Source of the DNA: Stegostoma tigrinum
Taxonomy: Eukaryota
DNA length: 64,000 nt
NCBI RefSeq assembly: GCF_030684315.1
Contig: NC_081363.1
Location: 69,052,517-69,116,516 of the forward strand
Direction: 5' to 3'
The notes under the pieces are model-generated. The model worked only from the letters and a program-made list of their open reading frames with translations, searched no databases and was not told the DNA's origin. Position numbers and translations under genes: made by a program. Position 1 is the stretch's first letter; each line of letters opens with the position of its first letter. Shown piece by piece: positions 1 through 12,748 of the stretch.

Positions 1-890
1 ACACCTTCACTGGCAATGCGTTCCAGGCACCCAACACCCTCTGCGTTAAGAACTTTTCACGCATATCTCCCTTAAACTTTTCCCCTCTCACCTTGAAATT
101 GTGACCCCTAGTAATTGAGACCCTCAGACCGGGAAAAAGCTTCTTGCTATCTGCCCTGTCTATACCTCTCATGATTTTGTAGGCTTCAATCAGGTCCCCC
201 CTCAACCTCCGTCTTTGTAACGTAAATAAGCCTAACCTACTAAACCTCTCTTCATAGCTAGCACCCTCCATACCAGGTAACATCCTGGTGAACCTCCCCT
301 GCACCTTCTCCAAAGCATTTACATCCTTTTGGTAATGTGGCGACCAGAACTGTACGTAGTATTCCAAATATGGTCAAACCAAAGTCCTAAACAACTGTAA
401 CATGACCTGCCAACTCTTGTACTCAATACCCCGTGCGATGAAGGAAAGCATGCCGTATGCCTTCTTGACCACTCTTATCGACCTGCGTTGCCACCTTCAG
501 GGTACAATGGACCTGAACACCCAGATCTCTCTGTGCATCAATTTTCCCTAGGACTTTTCCATTTACCGTATACTTCACTCTTGAATTTGATCTTCCAAAA
601 TGCATCACCTCGCATTTGCCCGGATTGAACTCCATCTGCCATTTATCTGCCCAATTCTCCAGTCTATCTATATTCTGCTGTAATCTCTGACAGTCCCCTT
701 CACGATCAGCTACCTCCACCAATCTTAGTGTCATCTACAAACTTGCTAATCAGACCATCTGTACCTTCCTCCAGATCGTCTATGTAAATCACAAACAACA
801 GTGGCCCCAACATGGATCCCTGTGGAACACCACTGGTCACAGTTCTCCATTTTAAGAAACTCCCTTTCACTACAACTCTCTGTCTTAGAT
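1..890 (-). mobile_element. CR1-type LINE fragment (RT C-terminal part), degenerate
   Basis: Minus-strand ORFs 706-903 and 423-734 give [29 protein letters not shown] and WADKWQMEFNPGKCEVMHFG..RDLGVQV, typical CR1 RT and downstream motifs, split by frameshifts. Confidence 0.9.
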
Positions 891-1214
891 TAGGTTCCGG
901 CAATCTGATCAGCCAATCTAATTTGTCCTACAGATAGATTTCTAACTTTTGTTTTTACAGTCCATGCGGGTCTCCTTGGCCCAGAACTGGAAGTCAATAC
1001 CGTGTCAGCATTCCAACGCTGATCACTACATATGAAACCTCAGAATGACAGGCGTGCACAGTCAGCCACATAGTTTACAGGGAACGTTGCCTGTAGTCTA
1101 ATGGTTTCTTCCTTGTTATTTACCATAACACCAATCTTCATGTCTGCAAACTTACTGATCATTACCTCTGAGATTTCTGTGGTCCCTGAATTAAATCTCA
1201 GCATAAACCTAGCA

Positions 1215-1533
1215 GGCGGCACAATGGTTAGCACCTCTGCCTCACAACGCCAGGGATCCAGGTTTGTTTCCAGCCTCAGGTGACTGTCTGTGTGGACTCT
1301 GCATGTTCTCCCTGCATCTGTATTTGTTTCTTTGTGTACTCTGGTTTCCTCCCACGGTCGAAAGGTGTGCCGGTTAGGTAGATTAGCCACGCTGAAATTG
1401 TCCATAGTGTCCAGGGAAGTGTAGGCTAGGTGAATTAGTCATGGGATATACAGAGTTACTGGAACGGTATGGGGTTGGGTCTGGGTGTGATTTGATGCGC
1501 CAAAGGCCTGCTTCCACACTGTAGGGACTGTAT
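1215..1533 (+). mobile_element. HE1-like tRNA-derived SINE (V-SINE type)
   Basis: Head ggcggcacaatggttagcacctctgcctcaca; central gtctgtgtggactctgcatgttctccc..tggtttcctcccac; CR1-like tail ggcctgcttccacactgtagggact. Confidence 0.8.
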
Positions 1534-1931
1534 AAATACAGGAACTTTCAGAGTTTATTAAATCAAACAAGATTGAATGATACATTCTTTAGTTTAATAC
1601 ACAGGTGTAGAATGGTAGCAGGTATTGTGTTATCCTGGAAATCTTGGAAAGCTCCATGTACCTAAGCATACTACAACTAACTCATTTTGAAAACACGCCC
1701 ACAATTCCACCCAGGTGACTTCAACGATGAATTTCAACACTTGAAACTGATTCGCACAGCCTTAAGCATGTGTACAAGCCAATTAATTGTTAAAAAAGTG
1801 CATATTAAGGCTCACACTGTGCCCTTTGTCAAAAATCACCATGTTAGTTTTCAAACGGTAATTTTGAAAATATGTCACTATGTTGTATTCACTAATTTCA
1901 ACAAATCAAATCACTTTCAATTAATTGCATT

Positions 1932-2287
1932 GGGAGGCAATGGCCTATTGGTGTTATTGCTGGATATCAATCCAAAAACTCAGCTAATGTCCCAGGCACC
2001 TGGACTCAAATCCTGCCACAGGCAGATAGTAGAATCGGGATCAATTTTTAGAAAATCTGGTAGTAAGAAAACAACTGTCAGGAAAAACCCAGCTGGCTCA
2101 CTAATATCCTTCAGGGAAGGAAGTCTGCCATCTTCACCTGGTTTGGCCTCCATGTAACTCCAGATGCACAGCAATGCAGCTAACTCTCAACTACCCTCTG
2201 CAAGCCACTCAGTTGGATGGCAGTTAGGGACAGGCAATATATGCTGGCCAGCCAGCAATGCTCAAGTTCCCCAAGCAAATGAATTAT
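1932..2287 (+). mobile_element. tRNA-headed Deu-domain SINE (SacSINE1-like)
   Basis: tRNA-like head gggaggcaatggcctattgg; Deu-like core tcactaatatccttcagggaaggaagtctgccatcttcacctgg..gtaactccaga; tail agttagggacaggcaatatatgctggcc. Several other copies occur in the window. Confidence 0.7.
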
Positions 2288-5049
2288 TTCACTGTGCAAT
2301 TTCTGGTAGACATGCACTTGCTGAAGCTAAAAGCAGGGCGATGAAGAGTAGTGATGCAGCAGGAGTGTACTAGGTCCATTATTTGGAGGTTAATGGATCA
2401 ATATTATCCTCTGCTATTTACACTCTCACTAACACCATGAATGAGAATGCACTGGAGGACTGTTATCATTATAAGGCCTCTTGTGGTGCTGTGACAGTGC
2501 CCCGACCTCTGGGCTAGGGGTCTGTATTCAAGTCCCAGCTGCTCCATAGTGTATCATAGCATAATTGAAAATGTTAAAAAGTAGGGTGATCAGAAAGGGA
2601 ATGTAAAATTAAACTCTGTTGATATCCATGGTGTAAACAGTTTTAAAATCAATGACCACAAAACCACTTAAATGTTTGGGAAAACAGTCTCTTAGACTGC
2701 AATGAATGCAAGATTAGGCCAAGATCTGCAGGAAATGAGTTTTTTTAGGCTAAGGTATATTTCTTTAATATTCTTAGTTGTATTTTTACCTTTTCAAATA
2801 ACACCATGCAATGAAATGCTACCATTTCCATACAAACATATAAGCAAACAAATACAGCTTCTGATTTGAACAGGCAAATAGCAATTTAACTCTCAGGAAC
2901 TCTACTTCGTAAAGTCACTTCTGGAAGAACCGAAATGTTGACCCCAAACATGGTGCCAACCACTTCAATCACTGACAATAGCAAATGGCCCACAATGGCA
3001 ATTCAGATACTCCTGAGCAAGGTTAAACATGAGGGATTGCCACTAAGGATGGCCAGAGAATGGCAAGTACCCATGAAAACACACTCAATAAGGAATCAAA
3101 AGAGCCTACAGCACGGGAGAAAGTTGATCAGAAAAGGGGATCGTAAAATTTCTCATCTAAGGAATATAACAACTACTGTACTTTAAGTAGTTATTAAACT
3201 GAAATAGCTAAGTAGCCAGAACGTAGTCAATGCAAATGTCAATTGCTGCACCTAAAGGACTAATATTTGGTAAAATAAAAGTTTACGGCAGTTAATCCAA
3301 AACCACTACTATGCCGCAATAATGTGTATTTATATATTGTCTTTAACAAAAACTTGTAATTTTACAGCATCACTAATGAGGTAAAAGATGTCATATGTTA
3401 TGTCAGCAGCACCTAATGCAAATCCGGGCAGAATTTTGGGTGATCTCAAGTCCTCAGAGGCAAAAGTATGGGAGGCCAGCCAGGAGGCACTTCCAGAATC
3501 AGAAGTCAATGCCGCGATCCACATGCTCAGACCAAATGCAGAACATTGTTGTTCCTAGAGTTTGTGTTGGAACTGTCCAATCTGGAAGTAACTAAGGCAC
3601 AGATGAGGGAAAACACAGTAAAAAGTCAAAAGTTGCCAGAAAATAATTTGATCTCAAACATACAGAAAGGAGGCATTCAGTCAAGTGGTAAAAGAAAGCT
3701 TGGTCAAAGACGTAGCTTTAAGAAATGAATTAAATGAGCTATGAGTGTTGTGGAGGTTTAAAGAGCTTAGAGACAGTTGAATATGAAGTTGCCAATGATA
3801 CATCAATAAGAATGTAGCCTTCATTTTAAGCAATCTGATTCGATATTTACAAATTTTTGTACCTTTTCCAACAGACATAGATTAATAGTTTCCATGAAGA
3901 ATTCCATACATAAATATTCCTTATTTTTGGTTAGTCTGCCTGTGTTGTTATATCAAGTTTGGTTTTCCTTTCTAATCTTTCTGTTCTGCTCTGCAGAAAC
4001 TTTCAGTTTTCTAATCTGACTTTTATCCGAGGCCATTACATTAGCTGGGACTCCTGCTTAATAATCATGACATTGCTATTTCTTAAACCTATCATTATCA
4101 TGGTACAGAAGCCTGTCCACTTGCCAAATTTTTGAATTCTGATTTAAACTAACTGATAAACAGACATTAGTTTGACAGAGAATCACCAGCTGAAAAACAA
4201 AATGCTCACCTTCTAATAAGGACCACAACAAGCAAGTAAATCATAAAACCAAGGGGAATTTAAATAATAATTGATCACTGTTGTCCACTAGACATTCATG
4301 GGAGCTACAGCTCTCCTTTTCCAGGACCACCCAAATGTGGATAAGACAACACTAGGAGGGCAGATAGATACTCCAATGGGCTGCCCTCAACTTCTAGGTA
4401 CAAATGGTTAACCCTAGCCCCTACTGAGATCCCCTAACTTTCCTGCATTCTTTCCACACCCAGATGACCAAAGATCAGGATTACAGTATGGAATTCAATC
4501 CAGAAGTGGAGAAGAACCTGTTCAGAGAGCAGTAGAAGTAACTCTGGCATTAAGTGAAAGAAAAAGAAACACTATCCATCCGTGGCTCATGAGTGTACCC
4601 TGGAAGATAAATTAGCCAAAATGTCCAGCCAACATTCTCCACCCGAGCTCCCCAAAAATTCACAGGGTGCCCATTAAAAAGTACATAAATAAGTGTCTTC
4701 CAGGCAGCTACAGGCCAACTCTAATGGAAGATAAAAGTGGACGAAGTTGACACTATCAGTGACCAGCTGAAATGTGAAGTCCCTGTGCCCAATAGATGTG
4801 ATAATCCTCTCATTTTAACAGCCTTGTACTATCCTGACATAAACTATTTTCCATAACACCTCCACTGATCAGTATGTTCATATTACAACAATTGTAAGCA
4901 AATAGTCCAAATTTTATCTATTCGATGTTCATCAATCCATTAATCACTAGGGTACAAGTGGCAAATGCACCTCCCAAGATATGTATGCTGCACAAATTTG
5001 GAAGGTGACCAGATTGTAATGAAGTTGCCAATATCTACTAAGTCTGAAT

Positions 5050-5146
5050 AATGGCTACCCGCCTGAGGAAGGAGCTGAGCTTTGAAAGCTTGCGTTTTCA
5101 AATAAGCCTATTGGGTTATAACCTGGCGTCGTCTAATTTTTGACCT
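5050..5146 (+). mobile_element. Short PLE-terminal-repeat-like fragment with degenerate minimal hammerhead motif
   Basis: CTGAGGA(5063-5069)-AGGAGCTGAGCTTT-GAAA-GCTT, followed by aaataagcctattgggttataacctgg. Confidence 0.5.
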
Positions 5147-5339
5147 CTGAAGACGCACAATCCCAAAAAAGAAGTCAGCTTCGGGGAAGCGAGGGAGAAA
5201 AGACCGCAAGTGGAAATTGCCTTCCGTCTGCTTTCGAGTTTGTCAGAGGTTTGCCCGTTCAGCAAAGAACGCTGCAAGTTAGGAGATATTTTAAAATAGT
5301 CCAGTGTTTACAGTACGTGGAGGGGCCAGTCTCCTCTTA

Positions 5340-5456
5340 CACTTTTTGGCTCGCGAGTATTTCCGCCCATGATGGGTGAACCAATCGCAGGGATGTTGAT
5401 GGAGCAGCGCATTTATAAAAAGGGGGTTGCTCGCTGCTCACTACTAATTTGAAAAG
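5340..5456 (+). promoter_or_regulatory. ARG2 core promoter (GC box, CCAAT box, TATA box) in a CpG-rich region
   Basis: CCGCCC 5363-5368, CCAAT 5381-5385, TATAAAA 5414-5420, Inr-like TCACT ~5438-5442, ATG at 5457. CpG density is raised over ~5120-6010. Confidence 0.7.
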
Positions 5457-8400
5457 ATGTCTTTGCAGAGGGGTGTATGTCATATTCTGGCGAAGCAGCT
5501 GGGCCGGCTCCCGAAGCAGAGGCGATCAGTGCATTCTGTGGGGATCATTGGAGCGCCGTTCTCCTACGGCCAGGTACCGATTGTTGTTGTAAGCTTTTGT
5601 TTAAAAAGGCTCGATTAGCAAACCTGCACCAATGATCTTATGTTAGAATCTGGTGCGTGGGACTGAATTAGAGGATGATCCACGATTCTGATTCAGTCTC
5701 TGTCTGGACCGGGGTTTGTAAATGACTCGTTTTTTTTTGAATGAAACAAAAATGTCTCCTTTCAGAAACGGCGAGGAGTGGAAGGAGGACCGCAGGCGAT
5801 CCGGGACGCCGGCTTGGCGGAGAGGCTTTCGGGTCTGGGTGAGTTGGCGGCGGGGGGGCTAGCGTGGTGGCTGCGGAGGGCGAGTTCACTGAGTGCGGTC
5901 TCCAACTCTCTCTCTCTCTCTCTCACCCACCCCATTGCCGGGCGATGCTGCTGAACTGGCAGAGGGCCAGGCAGATGCTGCTTTTATGTGTCTGCGTGTG
6001 TGTGTGCGCTGGGGGTGGGGGGAAGCTGTGTACCAGCGCTATCCTCAAATGTTTCTAGTTAATTCACCATGGGAATATTCCTTATTCCTACTTCAAATCC
6101 CCACAATTGAAGGAAGCCAAGTTCGTGATCGTAATGACGCTTTAAAAAATTTTTTTGTCTAATTTGCTTCTCCTCCATCAATGCAAATGATCAAGTTTCC
6201 GTTTGGTGGCTTTGTTTAAAGAGGAACGCAAATACTGTACATAACTTCGGTTGATTTCTATTGCGATTTTCCCACCACATGGTAGACGGAATAACGTGCG
6301 GTGAAATGTAGCCAAGACGTTATTTTGTCTTTTAGAAAAAAGTTGCTTTTGCAAGTCTGAACCACTGCTGAGGATTTATCCCTTGTTTGTTTGTACTCCT
6401 GAGACAGCGCAGTTCACCAGCAATTCTGCGAACGAAACTGGGCAGTATCCACATTTTAAGAAAATAAGGTTGACTTTCTGGCGTCTCCATTCCATGGATA
6501 CTGACTGCGAACGCCTAAGGGTTTTCTTTTTTGCATTTGTAATGCTTTGCTTAATCCTTACTACTTTATGGATTGGTACTTTTTAAATCTCTCTTTTAAA
6601 ACCAGGAGAAAGTTATGAAAACAGAGAATCAGCAGATTTGAATTGCCTCCAGATTACTTGTAATTACTGCCTGGGCTCCAGTAGTACTTATTTCTTTTAC
6701 TGAAGCCAGAAGGTTGTGGCTAAAAATCTACTTCCACACATCTTGTGGAGGAGATTGAACAAATATCCAATGACATTGTTTTCGACAAGACAACCTAGCG
6801 GTGGTTACAAACACTATTCTAGGAACTTGCTGAATGTAAATTGTCTGGTACATTTCCCAGAATGTAACCATGCTTACAGTACATGAACAGCTCTAAATAA
6901 CTGCACTATGTTTTGAAGCAATGTGCTGCAGAAGTGCAAACCTGTGTGCAATTGAGAAAGAACTGTGGTGCTATGATTTGGAGTCATTTAGCATGGTAAC
7001 AGACCCTGCAGTCCATGCTGCCCATAATCCCAAACTAAACTGGTCCCAGCTGCCTGCTGTTGGCCCATTTCCCTGCAAACATTTATTATTCATGTACTTG
7101 TTTAAATGAGTTTTAAATGTCGATTGTACCCATATCGAGCACTTGCTTTGGAGGTTCATTCTGAACGCACTACTGTGTCTGAAAGAAAAATGCCCTTTGT
7201 CTCTTTAAAATCTTTCTTCTGACTTAATGTGGCCATTTGCAAAGATCAAAATGTTGCAAGAAGCACAGCAAAGTACTATGAACGTATGAACTAGGGTTAA
7301 GAGATGAACGGTAACAACTTGCCAAAGTGATTTTGGACTGCACCTTCCAACCCACCACTTCTCCAGAGCCTAGTAGAGCTACATTTAAGTTCCCTATTGC
7401 GCTGCATCCCATTTTGACTTAGAACTACATCATTCCTTCATGTGTTACTAGATCAACATTCTGAAGCTCCCTCAAACATTGAGTGTATTACACCATATGA
7501 ATCTCAAGAAACCTTCCTTCTCTGGGGCAGTTAGGGAGGGCTATAAATATTGAGCTCACTAGGGATGGTCGCATTCCATGAAAATATTAAGACATGTAAC
7601 TTAAATCTGCATGTCTTCTGGGAGGGGAAGATGACATTGCCTTCGGTTTGCTTTGAATCTTTTGACCAGTATTGGAAATGGAACTGATGACAGTTGCATT
7701 GAGGATGGTAACCGGAGACTAATGGTTAGAACACTCCTGTATTTAAAATTTGGCAATTTAGTAGATTTTAAAGAGGCCAGTCACTACACGTAGAGCTGTA
7801 GTTAGAAGAATAAAGGTAATACATTAGGACATCTGATCAATTGTTCAGTCCATCTTACCTGCTAATCATTTAGGAAGCTCTCCATTCCACAGTTTCAAAC
7901 ATCTGAGTCTAATTTAGATGATCAGCTGAAGAACTGGATTTTAACCAACTTTATCCACTGGTAATATTATTCAAAAGCCTATTTGTCTGTAATGCTGCAG
8001 GGTGTTAATCATAGACGAGCTGATTCAGCAAAGGTATCAGTTAAAATAGACTCTCCATTTGGAGAGATGGGCACAGACCAGAGTTAAGTGTACTGGAAAG
8101 GAGTGAACTCATCATGCAGACTAGGCTTAAAGTCCAGGCCTGGTCACCCTGTGTGTAAGAGTTTGGGGATGGATTTGGGACTTGCCACAAGTTGCATGAG
8201 CACTTTTTTCTAATTGATTAATTTCTAAATTTCCAGGTTGCAAAATACATGATTATGGAAATCTGAGTTTCACCACTGTACCAAATGACACACCATATAA
8301 CAACATTGTCCACCACCCCAGAACAGTGGGTTTAGCCAACCAGGCATTAACTGAAGCAGTCAGCCGGGCAGTTGGTGATGGTCACCTAAGCGTTATGCTT

Positions 8401-11400
8401 GGAGGGGATCACAGGTGAGACACTTTACTTCAGATCTACTTTTTCAAAAAAAACTTAAGATTTGATTAGAATTTTGGGAAAATTAGATGCTAGCTCAATG
8501 TGAATGCACTGTATGGGGGGGAACACAGACCTAACTTAAATGTACTCATACATTCTGTTTATCAATATCCAGTTTAGGAATTGGTTCAATCCTTGGGCAT
8601 GCACAACAGCGTCCTGATTTGTGTGTCATATGGGTTGATGCGCACTGTGATCTCAACACACCTCTAACATCCATGTCTGGTAATCTGCATGGGCAACCAG
8701 TATCATTCCTTATCAGAGAGCTTCAGGACAAGGTAAATTTTCTATTGCTGATTGAACCAGATAAGTGACATCTTGTGAACTCATGGATTTGATAAATCTA
8801 GGAACCAGTGTAAACTTAAGATGTAACTTTTGTTTAATGCAGATACCACCACTTCCTGGATTTTCCTGGGTGACTCCTTGTATTTCTGCAAAGGACTTGG
8901 TTTATGTTGGTGTTCGGGATGTTGATCCTGCTGAGTAGTAAGAACACTTTTTTTGTTTTATTGTGTGAGTCTACCACGGTGTTGCCTTCGGGTGCACAGT
9001 GTACATCTTCATCACTGATAATTTAGTGATTCTGAAATTGGTCTTCACTTGTTTCTTTAACCTCAGTACATCTTAATGCAATTTCTAATTGAAGATTCCT
9101 TATTCGAATCACTACTTCAGTTCTGTGTATGAGTAGCTTGGAACATCATGGCACTTGAAAGTGTAGTCTTTGAATTAAGTAGCTACATAATGTCTGAAAC
9201 AGCAAGAAAGAAAAAATCCACATTTTATGTGGAATTTCAACCTGTAATGTTCAGTGTATAACTGCACCTTTCTTTAAGGTACCATGGAATCTTCTGCTCA
9301 TTCCAAAATATGACATTGTGGGACAGGATATCCTTTTTTTATAGATTGACCAAAACTGGGACACGAAGTGTATAAGTCCTAAAAGTGACCACAAATGTAC
9401 AACTTCGACTCAACAGGAATTTTGCAATTTAAATTGACAGATGTTTAAAAAATTTTGTTTTCATCCCAACAGTTACATCCTGAAAAACTTTGGCATCCGA
9501 TACTTCTCAATGAAAGAGGTGGATCAACTGGGAATACATAAAGTAATGGAAAGAACATTTGATCACCTTATTGGAAAGTAGGTTAGAAGAGCCAAATGTA
9601 GCTGTTGCTTTGCATTTATTGTGATGGAAAATAAGAACCTTATGCTTTGGGTTGCCTCCAAGAGGCAGCTAGGTTTATTTTTTTATCAGATAAAAGGAAC
9701 GGCAGTTGCTGGAGAATCTGAGAATGAAGTGTGGAGCTGGATGAACACAGCAGGCCAAGCAGCACAAAAAGCTGATGTTTCGGGCCCAGACCCTTAACCA
9801 GAAATGGGGCAGGGGAACAGAGTTCTGAAATAAATAGGGAGAGAGGGGGGGGAGGCAGATTGAAGATGGATAGAGAAGATAAGTGGAGAGGAGACAGACA
9901 AGTTAAACGGGTCAGGATGGAGCCAGTAGAGGTAAGTGTAGGTCCGTCCGAGGAGGACGGACAGGTCAAGGGGGTGGGATGAGGTTAGTAGGTAGGAAAT
10001 GGGGGTGCGGCTTGAGGTGAGAGGAAGAACCGGTTGGGGAGGCTGTGACGAGCTGGGCTGGGTTTGGGATGCAGTAGGGGGAAGGGGAGATTTTGAAGCT
10101 TGTGAAATCCACATTGATAACATTGCGCTGCAGGGTTCCCAAGCGGAACAGAAGTTGCTGTTCCCAAGCCTTCGGGTGGCATCATTGTGGCACTGCAGGA
10201 GGTTCATGATGGACATATCATCTAAGAAATGGAAGGGGGAGTTGAAACTGTTCACAACTGGGAGGTGCAGTTGTTTATTGTGAACTGAGCGTAAGTGTTC
10301 TGCAAAGCAATCCAAGCCTCCGCTTGGTTTCCCCAATGTGGAGAAGGCCACAACAGATACAGCAGATGCAGCATACCACATTGGCAGATGTGCAGTTGAA
10401 CATCTGCTTGATGTGGAAAGTTGTCTTGGGGCCTGGGATGGGGGTGAGGGAGGTGGTGTGGGGGCAGGTGTAGCACTTCCTGTGGTTGCAGGGGAAAGTG
10501 CCAGGTGTGGTGGGGTTGGAAGGGAGTGTGGAGCAGACAAGGGAATCCCAGAGAGAGTGATCCCTCTGGCAGGCAGACAAGGGTGGGCTGGGAAAAATGT
10601 CTTTGGTGCGGTCGGATTGCAGATGGCAGAAGTGTCGGAGGATGATGCGTTGGATCCAGAGGTTAGTGGGGTGCTACGTGAGGACGAGGGGGATTCTGTT
10701 TTGGTGGTTTTTGCGGGGATGGTGTATAAGGGATGAATTGGGGGAAATGTGGGAGACATGATTGAGAGTGTTCTTGACCACTGCTGGGGGGAGGATGTTG
10801 CAGTCCTTGAAAAACGAGGACATCCGAGATGTACGGGAGTGGAATGCCCCATCCTGGGAGCAGATGCAGCAGAGGCAAAGGAATTTGGAATAGGGAATGG
10901 CATTTTTGCAGGAAGGTGGGTGGGAGGAGGTGTATTCTAGGTAGCTGTGGGAGTGGGTGGGCTTGAAATGGATATCGGTTTCTAGGTGGCTGCCTGAAAT
11001 GGAGACAGAGGTCCAGGAAGATGAGGGAGGTGTTAGATAGTCCAGGTGAACTGGAGGTTGGGGTGGAAGGTGTTGAAGTGGATGAACAGTTCAAGCTCCT
11101 CGTGGGAGCACAAGGCAGTGCCAATACAGTCATCAGTGTAATGGAGGAAGAGGTGGGGTTTAGGGCCAGTGTAGGTACGGAAGAGGGATTGTTCCACGTG
11201 ACCTACAAAGAGGCAATCATAGCTGTATTGATCCTGATAGGGCAGTTTGTTTGTAAACAGTGCTATGCAGTACAGGCTCATACAGCAACATTCACTTTGG
11301 GGAATTTGTGGAACAAATATAATGCATTATGCCCTCGGCAGATGGACTAGAAATGAATATTGGTATGTGTTGGAGATGATGGGATGGTTGAAGAACCTGA

Positions 11401-11991
11401 ATTGAAGAATTAGCAATGTCTTTCAATGGTGGAAAATAAAAAAAGTCTGCAGTTGCTACAAATCTAATTTGGAATGTTCCTTTTCAGACAGAAAAGACCA
11501 GTGCACCTGAGCTATGATGTAGATGCTATTGACCCATCTTTAGCTCCTGCTACTGGCACTCCGGTGATAGGAGGACTGACGTACAGGGAAGGGATGTATA
11601 TTGCAGAGGCTGTGCAGAACACAGGTATGAAGCTAATGACCAAAAGCAGCTAGTTGTTCCCTCATTATCAGGTTTAATGCAAAAGCTACAACTTAACCAA
11701 AGTCAACAGCAGTTCACTGCTGGTTCAAATGACTTAAACTTACTGTATATCAGTGCAAGGTGATAAGCAACTTTATTTTCTTGCACAGGATTGCTGTCTG
11801 CGATGGATCTGGTAGAAGTCAACCCTAAACTTGCAACTTCAGATGCAGAACTTAATGCTACAGTAAATATTGCAATAGATGTCATCTCCTTTTCTTTGGG
11901 ACAGGCCCGAGAAGGATCCCATGGCAAATGTGATGAATTACCAACACCCAGTGCAACATACACAACAAATGAACAGACTATACAGCTTTAG
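5457..11991 (+). CDS. ARG2: Arginase-2, mitochondrial (355 aa, 8 exons)
   Basis: Exons 5457-5573, 5766-5838, 8237-8414, 8573-8732, 8843-8937, 9473-9577, 11488-11624, 11789-11991; all GT-AG, total 1068 nt in frame. N-terminus [39 protein letters not shown] is basic and targeting-peptide-like. Ureohydrolase motifs [37 protein letters not shown] and DLVEVNP are present. Synteny with VTI1B. Confidence 0.97.
5906..6008. repeat. (CT)n and (TG)n microsatellites in ARG2 intron 2
   Basis: ctctctctctctctctc ~5907-5923; tgtgtctgcgtgtgtgtgtg ~5987-6007. Confidence 0.8.
6980..7225 (-). mobile_element. CR1 LINE 3' end remnant
   Basis: Minus ORF 6971-7159 [25 protein letters not shown] matches the CR1 ORF2 C-terminal FKRHLDxYM..GYGP pattern. 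Confidence 0.65.
9686..11225 (-). mobile_element. Neptune-type Penelope-like element, 5'-truncated and decayed, in ARG2 intron 6
   Basis: Fragments [32 protein letters not shown] and [22 protein letters not shown]; same family as 24876-27590. Degenerate hammerhead at ~9772-9802. Confidence 0.92.
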
Positions 11992-12426
11992 GAACTGGGA
12001 TGGGTAGGGAGGAGAGGAACAAAATGTTTAGCTTGTACAAAATCATATTCCAGAATTGAATTTTAGAGAAATAGTACTCTGTTCCATATACACTTCTATC
12101 CTTGGGATATATTCATAGGACACAGTGTGTTCTAAGCCATCCAACTATATGAATAAGAAAAGTAAGGTAATGTGAACAACATGCTAGTGAGCTTTTTCAA
12201 TACATTCTAGTGAAAAGAGTATCACACTCTATTCAGCTAGTTGGAGCTATATTTGAATTAGTCAAGCTATCTGATCAGGACAATTGACTATACTTTCATG
12301 TGTTCTGTACTTTGCATAAGAAAACTCTAGCAGGGATAAATCTGTGTACTCTTAAATCTGTTAAGTTTTTCCTCAGGAGAGAAAGATGTTCAAGATTAAT
12401 AGAACATTTGTTAAATATCAAATGAC

Positions 12427-12435
12427 TTTATTAAA
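12427..12435. terminator. Overlapping candidate polyadenylation signals of convergent VTI1B (AATAAA, minus) and ARG2 (ATTAAA, plus)
   Basis: TTTATTAAA lies between the two stop codons (11991 and 12749). A further plus-strand AATAAA is at 12618-12623. Confidence 0.45.
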
Positions 12436-12748
12436 AGTTTGTGCACATTACTACAATGTAGTTCTTGGCAACAAAGTTTAAAGAGACTGATCAAATGCAA
12501 CTTAATTTGTTAAGTTTCTTCATCGTGCTCAAAGATACGTTGTCATCTGAAGACACATCAAACCACAAGGGATGTCATCAATGAGGGTGAGCATGTGATG
12601 AATGGAAATGATTCAGTAATAAAAAAAACTTCAATACATCCTCAGTCTTATCTGTCGACACTGTCTTGTACAGCTGGAAATTTGAGAGCTTTAGGGGAAG
12701 CACTAAAGTAGGAGTTCAATGTATTAAAACTGCACAAATGTCTTTGGG

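Noticed and set aside
1215-1290. tRNA genes at SINE heads (also 1932, 36400, 40477, 56761)
   Set aside because: Only degenerate A/B-box heads that continue into SINE bodies; no full cloverleaf.
1687-2157. 156-aa ORF upstream of ARG2
   Set aside because: TTG start, runs into a DeuSINE, no recognisable domain.
9794-10903. 369-aa minus-strand ORF and the many overlapping ORFs at 9.6-11.3, 19-21 and 25-27.6 kb
   Set aside because: Alternative frames or antisense shadows of the C-rich PLE sequence; not independent genes.
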